A stretch of 64,000 bases of DNA from Zancudomyces culisetae HAW-14-8 (lineage: Eukaryota; Fungi; Kickxellomycota): contig JBNJNM010000015.1 of NCBI GenBank assembly GCA_052426225.1, positions 806,001 through 870,000 of the forward strand. The letters are read 5' to 3'. Positions 49,834 to 60,705 of the stretch are shown here, piece by piece. Under the pieces are notes generated by a model. The model was not told where the DNA came from, searched no databases, and was given only the letters and a program-made list of their open reading frames with translations. How positions within the stretch are numbered: the stretch's first letter is position 1; each line of letters opens with the position of its first letter. The position numbers and the translations under genes are program-made.

Positions 49834-50850
49834 TTAAAAATTATTAAAAACCCATGAGCTGATATTAAACTGAAATTGTTGAACATTGTGTTGTACATTG
49901 TGTTGTACATTAATAGTGTTATTTTGAACTTCATTCATAGCTTCGGAAACCAATTTTCCAAAGACACTGTCTGGGTCGAACCCATCAGTTACTTCAGAAT
50001 CCAAGTTATCCAAAGACTCACTATCAGACTCAAGTTCATCAGTAGCTTCAGGTGCCAAGTTATCCAAAGACTCACTATCAGACTCAAGCTCATCAGTAGC
50101 TTCAGAATCCAAGTTATCCAAAGACTCACTATCAGACTCAAGCTCATCAGTAGCTTCAGAATTCAAGTTATTCAAGGGACCATTGTCAGACTCAAGTTCA
50201 TCAGTAGCTTCAGAATCCAAGTTATCCAAAGACTCACTATCAGACTCAAGCTCATCAGTAGCTTCAGAATTCAAGCTATTCAAGGGACCATTGTCAGACT
50301 CAAGTTCATCAGTAGCTTCAGACGCCAAGTTATCCAAAGACTCAGTGTCAGACTCGAGTTCACTATTATCTATTGTGCTTGTGGTAGCATTATCACTGGC
50401 TACATATTGATCACTGCTAGTAAGCTCATCAATAGCTTCAGACGTCAAACTACCCAAAGCATTACTATCGGACCCGAGACCACCATTTGCTGTTGTGCTT
50501 TCAGCAATAACATCGATAGTTCCAATCTGATCTTTATTGGTAAGTCCACCAGTAATCCCAGAAAATAAGTTTACTAAAGCACTATTACTTGCTTCAAATA
50601 TATTGGTAACTCCGGAAAAAATCTCTTCTAGAATATTATCCAAAAACATACGATCAGATAATTGAGCTTTCTTAGAGTTTCTATGTATTAAGTGTCGAAA
50701 GCCATGAGGAAATTCTGCCATATTTGTTGCCGTCGCTTGTTGATTCTGGTATGAATTGGCAGTTGAGTTTACGTATAGTTCCACTGGTGAGGCATTTGCT
50801 GCGAGAATTGCACATGCAGCTAATACTCCTGCTAATGTGATCTTTACCAT
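49834..50850 (-). CDS. Secreted acidic tandem-repeat protein, unknown function
   Basis: Signal peptide MVKITLAGVLAACAILAANA-SP; seven 18-aa D/E/S-rich repeats; intact 338-aa ORF. Confidence 0.85.
   Translation of the reverse strand: MVKITLAGVLAACAILAANASPVELYVNSTANSYQNQQATATNMAEFPHGFRHLIHRNSKKAQLSDRMFLDNILEEIFSGVTNIFEASNSALVNLFSGITGGLTNKDQIGTIDVIAESTTANGGLGSDSNALGSLTSEAIDELTSSDQYVASDNATTSTIDNSELESDTESLDNLASEATDELESDNGPLNSLNSEATDELESDSESLDNLDSEATDELESDNGPLNNLNSEATDELESDSESLDNLDSEATDELESDSESLDNLAPEATDELESDSESLDNLDSEVTDGFDPDSVFGKLVSEAMNEVQNNTINVQHNVQHNVQQFQFNISSWVFNNF
49969..50346 (-). repeat. Coding minisatellite, 7 x 54 bp
   Basis: AGTAGCTTCAG recurs every 54 bp (50041, 50095, 50149...); units SESLDNLDSEATDELESD and NGPLNxLNSEATDELESD. 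Confidence 0.95.
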
Positions 50851-51699
50851 CTTTTCTTTAGCCTTGTTTTAATTTGTGTTGAATATTGATATTTTGAAAA
50901 GATGATGCTTTTTTTGCAGGTTATATCATTGTGGTAGAAGTACTGATTTATTGTTGTTGGTGTTATAGATGATCTTGTGCCTATAGAAAATGAATCATGA
51001 TTTATATGCTTTGTTTTAATTATTGCATTCTACTAAACTGGTGAAAATAAATTTCTTTTTAGGTTAACAAAAATCAAATGATATTTACATTAATAGTTCT
51101 ATTTTTATATCCAGATTCTATTTTAGAATATACACATATAATATGGTTTACCAATTTTTTACGCAAAATAATGTAATTGGATACAAAAATATTGTTTATA
51201 TCACCGATGTATATCAAGTATAATTTAATATTAGTAAATTTCATAATAATTATGAGTGTATTGTTGAATAGAATAACGAAAAAACAATAAGCTATACTCC
51301 TTTCATTCATCCCTTTCTTCGCTTCCAATGTAGATATATTTGAAGAGATGAGGTACAATAACAATCTTGGTTATCGACTTTCTAGTTATTTGTTTACTTT
51401 TTTTTTTGGAACGTGAACTATAATGGAAAAATAGTGCATTATCAATTTTTGAACTACACAGGTATATTTACAAATTGACAAGTAAAAATAATAGAACTCA
51501 GTTCTAGATACTATTACAAAATATACCTATAACGTATTAAATTACATCCTATCTGTTTTTCTACCTACTTCATTCAGCATGTCGTTTTGTATTTATTCTA
51601 ATATAATTTGCTAACAATTATATAATTATTTAAGTAGCAATAAATCCCATACCAATAATAAAACTCCTGTTGGTTTGCTTACTGAATACCAATACTTTC

Positions 51700-51900
51700 C
51701 CTTTTTATCTTTTTCTGATTTATTCACGATTAGTGCTAGTAATACTACCGAAAAATTAAAAAATAAAAAATAAATCCAAAAAAAAGTAACAGAAAAGGCT
51801 GCAAAATTGGCCATGAACAAACTTTGACTCTCTAGAGTCCCCATATTCTAAGAGCACTGGCTCTCTGGTAGTGACTCCCAAGTTACAACTTTCGGCTTTA
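51700..51900 (-). mobile_element. Possible third LINE-family 3' end relic
   Basis: Contains the exact GACTCTCTAGAGTC motif (51826-51839) next to an A-rich 3'UTR-like tract and T runs, same layout as the other LINE ends; little other similarity. Confidence 0.4.
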
Positions 51901-53321
51901 TGCGTTCAATTGGGAATCCAGCTCTCTGAGCGGCTATTTAGGGCCACTTGGGCAGGACTTTCTTATAACCCCTATCCCAAACCATACAATCATGATGGGT
52001 ACTTCAAGATACCCCTATCATCGGGCTGTATACTCAGAACTTTTATACCGTTTGCGTTCCGTGCTTTCCATGCTTTCCATGCTTTCCGTATGATGCTGTT
52101 CTGTACAACTGCTCACTTGATTACGTTGTTCTGTTCTTATCTGCACCCATCTTCTGGTGGTTTCGGTGCCTATAATCAAAGTGAGGTTAAGCTACCCTCC
52201 TATTCTATCCAGTTAGCCTCTAAAATACAGCTCATTCCTTTTTAATAATGTACAGATCCAATTTCTATACTCTGAATCATATATTCAAATCCGCTTTTTT
52301 CAGTCTAGATAGCATATCTTAGTTGTCATAAACCAACCAAACCTAAGCGATACAACAATAACTCATTAACATATCCTGAAATTTTAATTCACAGTATCAC
52401 TACTATCAACTTTTTAAGTGTTTGTACCCCGTCAGTGTATGCCCTCATTAGGGTAATATCTTTCCTTTCAAGATGCAATAGTAATAGTAATAGTAATAGT
52501 TTAAAGATTCTAAAATACCAGCCCTAGCTTTGTTATTACACTCATCTTCCAACTATACGTATTTCAGCCAGAGTGATTTTATTAACTATATTATAATAAA
52601 CACCGCCAAAGTTTGCAATATTCGCCAAAAAATCAAAACATTCACTGCTTAATGGATATGGCAAATTACGGTTTATAAAGCATACAAAATCAACAATTAC
52701 ATTATTTAAACTGTGTATAAATATATTTATAGATATGTTTATTATGCTCATATATACTGAGGGCTATTCCCTGTCAAAATTGTCTTTGCTATTACAGGTC
52801 AATACCATCTCCTGGTTTGCAGCGATAAATCGAATGGTTTTTTTTTTTTGCTAATTTAATTTGTAAACTTTGCATATCATTAATGCTTGATACTACAACT
52901 AATATCAAACTACAATGCTGTAAACCACAATATTAGCAAGCCAATATACACCGAGTAAACGGTCCTAGATGGTTTAAATTCACAAATTTCAAGATGGTGT
53001 CTTGATACTGAGTACTTAGACGCTTAATTATGCACTATTATATTTTTGAATTATTCATTACTTTATCCGTTTCCTAGACCTATCATATTTATCGTTTATT
53101 TTACAATATTAATTATCATGATTAAAAGAATAGAAGTATTTCGGACTGTCCTGTTTATTATTTATTTGATTGAACAACCAAACAACCAAAACCAGTTCTT
53201 TTTAACACTAATTCTTATAATAATAAAAAGCCAGGAAATAAAGGCATATACTCAATAGGATGCTAAAATGTAAAACCACTCACTAAAACTAGGTCAGCTT
53301 TCTCCAAAAATAGCAGGATGG

Positions 53322-54110
53322 TTTTTTTGTTGATAAACTTATCACATAAAACTACAAAAAATAAAATACTACACAATATCTATCTAAAAAATCCCCTCCG
53401 TCCCTCTAGGGACTCAATACCCACCAGGCGTTAGTTCAAGGGGGTTGTTTCTACTCTGAGTCGGTCTGAGATTTGGATCCTCGTTCAACATAATCTGTCC
53501 AAAAATTGTGCCGTTACCAGCTCAACCAAAGACGGTGCTTCGGTTTCTCTCTTCTTAACGGAGAGAGTAACCATTCTTTTTGACTCCACTCCAAGGAGTC
53601 GCCCTACAAAAAAATTTCTCCATCCTTCACTACTACCTCTCTGCTCACTTCCTACAATTGACATGTCTGGGATACGTTCCAGAAGATTATAACTAACTCC
53701 AGCCCAGTATTTGCATCCCAGTAACTATAAGGAATTAATCAATAAAAATATTTAACCAATTCATTAGTTAGTATATAAACCTTTACTGAAGCTAATTAGT
53801 AAACTTTAAGTCTTTTAATCTAGTTTATTTAGTATCTATACTATTACAATAAAACCAGTCATAACAGTAACATATGTTCAATGGTTTCTATTCTGCTATT
53901 TTTTACAAAATGGGCACTTAGTCTTGAACTATTCATCTATCGTCCCCAATTTTGCCAGCCTCTCTGCTGTTTAAAACCTTCCTGTTTTTACCTTTCCTAT
54001 TGCCATAAGTCCCTGCTTATGCTCGGGTTATATAAGTTGTAGGTAAATCCAACTACTATTTCCTCGAGACTCCTGTCCAGGAACTCATCTTGAGAAACAC
54101 TTATTTGTGG
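53322..54110 (-). mobile_element. 5'-truncated LINE (family B) 3' end
   Basis: 53394-53715 nearly identical to 49104-49425 (about 125 bp exact from TCGGTCTGAG); KCPFCK..ETIEH remnant at ~53870-53925. Confidence 0.85.
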
Positions 54111-54581
54111 AAAAAACCCTGTTGTACAACACATTTTGCATTGGCGATTGAACTTTACCGAGTGGTTATAAAAGAGTGCTACTCTTTCACCACATTGTAT
54201 AAAAACATTTTACAAACCGCTTTATACTGTAAAATATTACGTTGTTTGTGTAACTACAGCGACTGTCTATGATACAAGTATAACGATCATAGTAAGTTTA
54301 TCAAGCGCTATTATAATGTAATCACTAAAATATTCCTAACCCAGTACAAAACTTAAAAATATTATAAAGAATATACCTTATCCTAGCATATATCATTCAT
54401 TAGTTCTATTAAATTAGCAAGGATGAGCAATGTGTATACTCAATGTACTACGCTACGAGTTTATTAGGAATTCCGACTTCCAATATATTTCTTAATACTT
54501 ACACATTTCATAAGAAAACTAAACGCTATATAACCGAACCCAAGCTAGAAAAATGAATGATGAATGATGAATTAACGATAA

Positions 54582-55790
54582 CTAAACATTGGCCAACTCA
54601 TTTACAATGTCAATGTAAAAGCTGATTGCCTTTAAATACTCCGACTCTGTGACGTACTCATTGTGTGCGTGAGCTAGAGGAGGAAGGTTTACAAACGGGC
54701 ACATCCCGATAGCCGGAATACCTTTGTACCTTACATATCTGGCATCTGTTGCAGCAGGGAAAATTGTAGGCACAATTTTTCTACCATATTTTGTACACAC
54801 CGATTCAATTGAGGAAAAGAAAGGGTTGGTGGAGTCCCATTCAGAAATTGGGTTTCTAGTCTCATCATAGGGGAATTGGCATTCGACACCATGCTTCTCG
54901 GCAAGATCGGAGATCATCTTTCTGAACTCTACTATATTTCTTCTTGGAGATACCCGAATATCAAATGTGGCAGAATATGTTGCTGGAACCACATTCTGTT
55001 GTTTTCCTCCTTCCAGTATTGTCAGATTTACCGCAGTAACTTCACCCTGATGTTCCTCCTTATTATTCCATGTGGTTTCAAGTCTATTCTTTTCTTCCTC
55101 TCTAAGAGCCATCATCGCATTTATAACTGGTAGAAGCTTTTCAATTGCTGTTCCTTCAATAAATTGACTTCCGTGTCCTGTGTTTCCATGCGCGGTTAAT
55201 TTAACAGCGCTTACAAGTCTCTCAGCACCAAGCGCCCATAATATATTTTCAGGCGAACTTATTCCCTCATCTATGTCGAATCCTGCATTCAGAGCTTCAA
55301 ACTCTTTTGTTTCACTAAAGACGCCCACACCATCAGCTCCACCTATCTCTTCATCTGGCGCATATATCGCAAATACATTTCTGGTCAGCTTTTGGCCTGA
55401 ATTCTTTATTGCTCTGAGTGCTTCCATGTACGAGAATCCTTGTGCCTTCATGTCTTGTGATCCACGTGCGTATATTCTGTATTCACCATCTTCAAATACT
55501 CGTTCTGCAGCAAATGGGGGATATTTCCATTGATCTTCAAATACTGGTACCACATCGGTATGTGAGCTCAATAATATAGATTTTTGAGTAGGGTCTGAGC
55601 CAGCAAGCTTGATGATAATTACTGGTTTGCCCTCAACACACTCAACAACTTGGTGCTCCAAACCAATTTCATCTGCCTGCTCAATCAAATAGTTTTTGAT
55701 TGATTCATAGTCAGGCTTTGGATGTACACTCTTGATTTGGAGATACTTTCTGAATCTGGATACTGAAGCTGGTTCTTGATTTTGAGTCAT
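54582..55790 (-). CDS. ACY1: Aminoacylase-1 (M20A)
   Basis: LLSSHTDVVP, IYARGSQDMK, PDEEIGG, GHGS, NVVP, PAATDARY, AHAHNE. Confidence 0.95.
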   Translation of the reverse strand: MTQNQEPASVSRFRKYLQIKSVHPKPDYESIKNYLIEQADEIGLEHQVVECVEGKPVIIIKLAGSDPTQKSILLSSHTDVVPVFEDQWKYPPFAAERVFEDGEYRIYARGSQDMKAQGFSYMEALRAIKNSGQKLTRNVFAIYAPDEEIGGADGVGVFSETKEFEALNAGFDIDEGISSPENILWALGAERLVSAVKLTAHGNTGHGSQFIEGTAIEKLLPVINAMMALREEEKNRLETTWNNKEEHQGEVTAVNLTILEGGKQQNVVPATYSATFDIRVSPRRNIVEFRKMISDLAEKHGVECQFPYDETRNPISEWDSTNPFFSSIESVCTKYGRKIVPTIFPAATDARYVRYKGIPAIGMCPFVNLPPLAHAHNEYVTESEYLKAISFYIDIVNELANV

Positions 55791-56209
55791 TTTCTTTAGA
55801 ATTTGGTTACAAGTAAATGGAAAATATAGTTTGAAGCCCAGATGTCATCGGCTATTTATATGGAATTCTAGTTTCTTCATCTAGGGTTCACATGGAGCAG
55901 GAAATAGCTGAAACTTTAGAGTTCATGATGAAACATGATAATTTTTTTCATGAGAAATTTGGACACCAAACGTGATTTCTCACGAATTAAATCGTAGTCA
56001 TAACCACTATATAGTGTATCTTGATGTTTGGTGACCACATACTCCTACATGTATTGAAAAGAGGCTACTCCCATAATTTTCTCGTATAATTTTCTATACT
56101 TTTTAAGATTGTATTTATGCATTACAACATTTACACTAATTAAGTTATAGTGAATTTTAAATTTGACTAGGTTAGCTTTGTCTCGTCGAATTCAGAGATG
56201 TAAAAAAAA

Positions 56210-56752
56210 TTTTCGGTAATAAAAAAATACTTAGGTTCTGGTACTAATAAACTCTACCAGAAAAAGATAAAAATGCTTAGGTAATAAACAGTTCCTAAAA
56301 AAATAAAAACAATCTATAATCTAAACTCATCCTATTCCCCTTCGACTCTCTAGAGTCTCCGTACCCGATGGGCATTGGTTCAAGGGGAGTGGGACTACAC
56401 TAATGTCTTTCAACACTAGGTAGCGAGGTAAAAAGGTCTCGTTAAGAAACCGGGCTGTGGAGACCACTGCTCTAACGCAAGTGGCGTTTGGATCCCGAAG
56501 AATCCCAGGTAGTTTGAGCTTTAACTCCTCCCCCAGGAGTTTACCCACGATTTTCCTGCGAAGCTCAACACACTCGGAAATCGTGCTAGATAAAAAAGAA
56601 CTATAAAAATCTATAAATTCAGTAAGTAAATCCTTCCTAATTTCGTCCCATCTACTGCAATCTAATAAGTAATGCTCAACTGTTTCTTTTTCTTCTTTCT
56701 TACAGAACGGACATTTGGCTTTGTAATCTGGATCTATAAAACCCGAATTTGC
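56210..56752 (-). mobile_element. Older truncated LINE-A copy, 3' half
   Basis: 56284-56752 matches ~56798-57269 with few substitutions; TTTTCGGTA 3' terminus at 56210. Confidence 0.9.
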
Positions 56753-56843
56753 TTTTTTTTTTTTTTTTTTTCGGTAGAAAAAAAAATTTATTTAGAAAAT
56801 AAACAGTTCCTATAAACAATTAAAAACAATCTATAATCTAAAC

Positions 56844-59800
56844 TCATCCTATCCCCCTTCGACTCTCTAGAGTCTCCGTACCCGATGGGCATTGGTTCAA
56901 GGGGAGTGGGACTACACTAATGTCTTTCAACACTAGGTAGCGAGGTAAAAAGGTCTCGTTAAGAAACCGGGCTGTGGAAACCGCTGCTCTAACGCAAGTG
57001 GCGTTTGGATCCCGAAGAATCCCAGGTAGTTTGAGCTTTAACTCCTCCCCCAGGAGTTTACCCACGATTTTCCTGCGAAGCTCAACACACTCGGAAATCG
57101 TGCTAGATAAAAAAGAACTATAAAAATCTATAAATTCGGTAAGTAAATCATTCCTAATTTCGTCCCATCTGCTGCAATCTAATAGGTAATGTTCAACTGT
57201 TTCTTTTTCTTCTTTCTTACAGAACGGACATTTGGCTTTGTAATCTGGATCTATAAAACCCGAATTTGCTAATCTCGTGGCGGTCCAAAATTGGCCTATT
57301 CGAATTCGACCTACGAAAAGAATGTGTTTCATGTACTGTGGAAAGGCCGCTTGTAAGTCGACCCAGTTCCTTTGTCGGCCTGCTCCAACTTCCTTTATCC
57401 ACTTTGTAATATTCGACTTGTCTTTCAGTCTGTTGTTTATCTCGAGTGTCTCTTTGGTTTTTCTTATCTCTCCGGTTGGTACATTATCAATCTTGATCCT
57501 GTTGAATCTGTTAGACCACCTTGTGTACCCTGTGACCCAAGTGTCCTTCGAGTGTTTGAAGGGGTTCTGTATTAAATCTGCTATCCATGTTTTCATGCCA
57601 CTCCATTTGTGGAATGCTCTGTCTCTAGCTCTGGTCGTTCTACTGTAAATATCTGTTATATTTAATTCTTCTCGCAATCTCCTCATACATGTCGATCTGC
57701 CCACTCCCATGGCTATTCTTATCGCGTTGTCCACGGCTTGCTGTATCGGTTTTACCCTTGCTTCAGACATGCCGAACATTTCACCTCCATACCCAGCGAC
57801 CGCAATGACTATCGACCTAATTACCATCTTTTTCATCAACAGCGGTGTATTTCTGTCTTTGAGTAGATAGTAGTTGCTCATGGTTGCTCTTTGTACTTTT
57901 TCTTTCCTCTCCTGTATGTGTAGCTTGTTATTCCAATATTTATTGAATATAACACCCAAGTATTTATATTCATCTACTTCTGGTACTTTTGCACTTCCCA
58001 AAAAGTATTCTGGAATCGTAATTTCAATATTATTGTTATTTTCGTCGCTTGTTCTATTCACTGCTTCAACTGTCATAATCGCACTCTTGCTAGCATTCAC
58101 CTTCATGTCCCACTTCTGACACCATTGCTGCATCATGTTAAGAGCTTCTTGCATCTGTTCTGGGGTGTCTGACAATAAAACTGTATCGTCTGCAAATAGT
58201 AGTCCCGGAATTTTTTCTTGAATTCCTGGTACTTCTATTCCCTCCATTCCTTCAAATATATCGTTGATAAAAATATCAAAAAGCATTGGTGAGGCTGGGC
58301 ATCCTTGGCGAACACCTCTTTCGAAGTTCATCGCCTCCGATAATCCATTTCCTACCCTTACTTTTATTTTTGCGTTATTATAGAGTTCTTTAATTACTGC
58401 CAGTAATTTACCATTAATTTTGTTCATTTTTAATTTTTTGAATAATAAATTGTGTTGCACTTTGTCGTAGGCTTTTTCAAAATCAATAAAACAAATTATG
58501 GTTTTTGTATTATTGATTTTTCGCCTTTTTATAATTTCGTATAGCGCTGTGGCTTGAGCTACGCATTCCTCCAGTGTCCTGAATCCCGCTTGCTCTTTTG
58601 CTAATAATATATGTCTATTATCTATTAATCTTAATTTATTAGCGACTATTTTGGCTATAAGTTTGGTTATGGTTGGGATTAGCGAAATCCCCCTATAATT
58701 GTTTGGGTCTTTAGTGTTTCCTTTTTTGAAAATAGGAACGATTACGCTGGTATTGTTTTCACTGTTTAACTTTGGATTATTCCAGAATTTTTTAATTATG
58801 GTTAATAAAAGTACTGCAAGTTCCGATTCTGGATCTTCATCGCTCTGTATAAATTTCCAGATTTCGCTCGGAATGCCATCTTCACCCGCTGCTTTGTTTC
58901 TCGGAGTTTCTTTTAGCGCTTCTTTAACTTCTGTCCATGTTGGTTCTTCGTCGCATTCTCTGAAGTAGTCCACTTCCTCCTCTCTTTCTTCTGGGATTGT
59001 GTTTAATGCTGAGTTTTCATTCTTCGATAGCTTGTAGAAATGTTTTATCCATACTTTGAGTTTTTCTGCCTCCTCTGTTATCTCCCTTCCTGATTCATCC
59101 AGGACTCCTCCGTTATTAAACACAGATTTTTTATTTAGAGCTCTCATTTTTAACCATCTCCACATCGTCTTGGCATCATTGCCTTTGATGTGTTCACATA
59201 GTTTCACTAACTCCTTTTTATTATGTAATTTTTGGTCACTTTTTATTAGCTTTGAAGTTTTAGATTTCATCTGGACGTAATCATTATAAAACAGCTCTTT
59301 CTCGTGTTCATCACAAGTTCTGAGCATTTTTTTGAACAATTTGCAACGAAGTTTGATCATCTTTCGCGTTTTTTTACTTAAAAAATGTTGATTTTTTTTG
59401 GCTTCGGAATTTTTTTCGGCCAATTTCTCATTATTTTTTGGGTTTGGATTATTTTTTCTTGTAATCTTATCCATCAATTTTTTAGTCTCATTAACGGTTT
59501 CACTGATTAGTTCGTCAGTTTCGTTAAGAGATGTCAAAATTGAAAATTTATTGTGAGTTCTGAACAGTTCTGATTTTTGGTCCAATAGTTTCCGGTTGAC
59601 AATTTTTTTTTGCTGCTCTGGTTTAATTTCCTCAATGGTAAAGTTGGCTGTAATAGCCAGATGATCACTGAGGTCAATTTTTTTGTGTAGTTTTGTTGTC
59701 ACGAATTGTCCTACTGTGGGGGTATAAAAGATGTGATCGATGGTGTTCTTCAGTCGCTTTTTTGTTATCCTAGTTCCGCTTCGTTTCCTTGTCGGGGCTC

Positions 59801-60590
59801 TCCTGACTATACACCTGAGTTTTTTCAACCATGGTGTGACGATGCTCGTCCTCATGTTGAAGTCTCCGCATAGTATTATTTTTATTTCTCTGTTTCTACC
59901 GTATTCTTTGTTTATAAAGTCTTCTACTTCCTTCTTCATCTGTGTCCTTTCTCTGGGCTTGTGTGGTGTGTGTACATTCACAACCATCACTTCCAGTCTT
60001 TTATGCTCCTTTTCTGTATATCCATGTATTTTTGCGGCCATCCAGGTATTATTATTTTTATACTCCTCTATGTGCCAGCCAATATTTTTTTTTACCCCCA
60101 CTAGAAGACCAGAACCCGTCTTTAGTGTCGGCCTTTTTGACTCTACACATGTGTAGCCATTTATGTTCATCCTCCCAGACTTCTCCTGCAGGTGGGTCTC
60201 CTGCAAGCATAGTATGGTTGGATTTACTTTGGTTAAAAAATAATCTAATTCATATTTTTTATTTTTTATTGAGCATACGTTGTATGTCATTATTTTTAGG
60301 TTAATTTTTTCATTTTTTTTTTCAATTTTTTTTTGGTATAAATTTTTTGTTTTTTTGTTTTTTAAATTTTTCTCTCTTTCATTTTTATTTTCTTCAACTT
60401 TTAGTATACACTTTAATTTTTTTTCCAACTTCAATTTATTTAGGTCGGTAATGCGAATCATGGAGCCGTCGATTTTTTGGATTTCGAAGCGGTAAGATTT
60501 ATTTTTCTGTTTGATTTTTTTAACGTGTAAATTTTTTTTTTCGATTTTTGTGATGAACGAAAAAAAATATTTTACAGTTTTCTGAGACAA
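56844..60590 (-). CDS. LINE ORF2: AP endonuclease, reverse transcriptase, CCHC finger
   Basis: TYNV, LQETH, GDFN, IDHI, SDH; YRGISL, QAGFR, DFEKAYD, GVRQGCP, LFADD, YKYLG; CPFC..ETVEHYLLDC. Listed start is TTG; first ATG at 60461. Confidence 0.95.
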   Translation of the reverse strand: MSQKTVKYFFSFITKIEKKNLHVKKIKQKNKSYRFEIQKIDGSMIRITDLNKLKLEKKLKCILKVEENKNEREKNLKNKKTKNLYQKKIEKKNEKINLKIMTYNVCSIKNKKYELDYFLTKVNPTILCLQETHLQEKSGRMNINGYTCVESKRPTLKTGSGLLVGVKKNIGWHIEEYKNNNTWMAAKIHGYTEKEHKRLEVMVVNVHTPHKPRERTQMKKEVEDFINKEYGRNREIKIILCGDFNMRTSIVTPWLKKLRCIVRRAPTRKRSGTRITKKRLKNTIDHIFYTPTVGQFVTTKLHKKIDLSDHLAITANFTIEEIKPEQQKKIVNRKLLDQKSELFRTHNKFSILTSLNETDELISETVNETKKLMDKITRKNNPNPKNNEKLAEKNSEAKKNQHFLSKKTRKMIKLRCKLFKKMLRTCDEHEKELFYNDYVQMKSKTSKLIKSDQKLHNKKELVKLCEHIKGNDAKTMWRWLKMRALNKKSVFNNGGVLDESGREITEEAEKLKVWIKHFYKLSKNENSALNTIPEEREEEVDYFRECDEEPTWTEVKEALKETPRNKAAGEDGIPSEIWKFIQSDEDPESELAVLLLTIIKKFWNNPKLNSENNTSVIVPIFKKGNTKDPNNYRGISLIPTITKLIAKIVANKLRLIDNRHILLAKEQAGFRTLEECVAQATALYEIIKRRKINNTKTIICFIDFEKAYDKVQHNLLFKKLKMNKINGKLLAVIKELYNNAKIKVRVGNGLSEAMNFERGVRQGCPASPMLFDIFINDIFEGMEGIEVPGIQEKIPGLLFADDTVLLSDTPEQMQEALNMMQQWCQKWDMKVNASKSAIMTVEAVNRTSDENNNNIEITIPEYFLGSAKVPEVDEYKYLGVIFNKYWNNKLHIQERKEKVQRATMSNYYLLKDRNTPLLMKKMVIRSIVIAVAGYGGEMFGMSEARVKPIQQAVDNAIRIAMGVGRSTCMRRLREELNITDIYSRTTRARDRAFHKWSGMKTWIADLIQNPFKHSKDTWVTGYTRWSNRFNRIKIDNVPTGEIRKTKETLEINNRLKDKSNITKWIKEVGAGRQRNWVDLQAAFPQYMKHILFVGRIRIGQFWTATRLANSGFIDPDYKAKCPFCKKEEKETVEHYLLDCSRWDEIRNDLLTEFIDFYSSFLSSTISECVELRRKIVGKLLGEELKLKLPGILRDPNATCVRAAVSTARFLNETFLPRYLVLKDISVVPLPLNQCPSGTETLESRRGIG

Positions 60591-60705
60591 TTCTGGTATG
60601 TTGAGTACCAGTAGTTTATCAGTTATGATATTTGTTGTTATTTTTGTTTGTGTTGTTGTTGTTGTTATTGTTGTACTTATGTATTTCTGTTACTTGAATA
60701 GGATG

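Noticed and set aside
49969-50346. CRISPR-like array
   Set aside because: Contiguous 54-bp coding tandem repeat with no unique spacers, in a eukaryotic context.
52380-52780. Possible LINE RT relic (minus QG..LS..IFI)
   Set aside because: Too degenerate to support.
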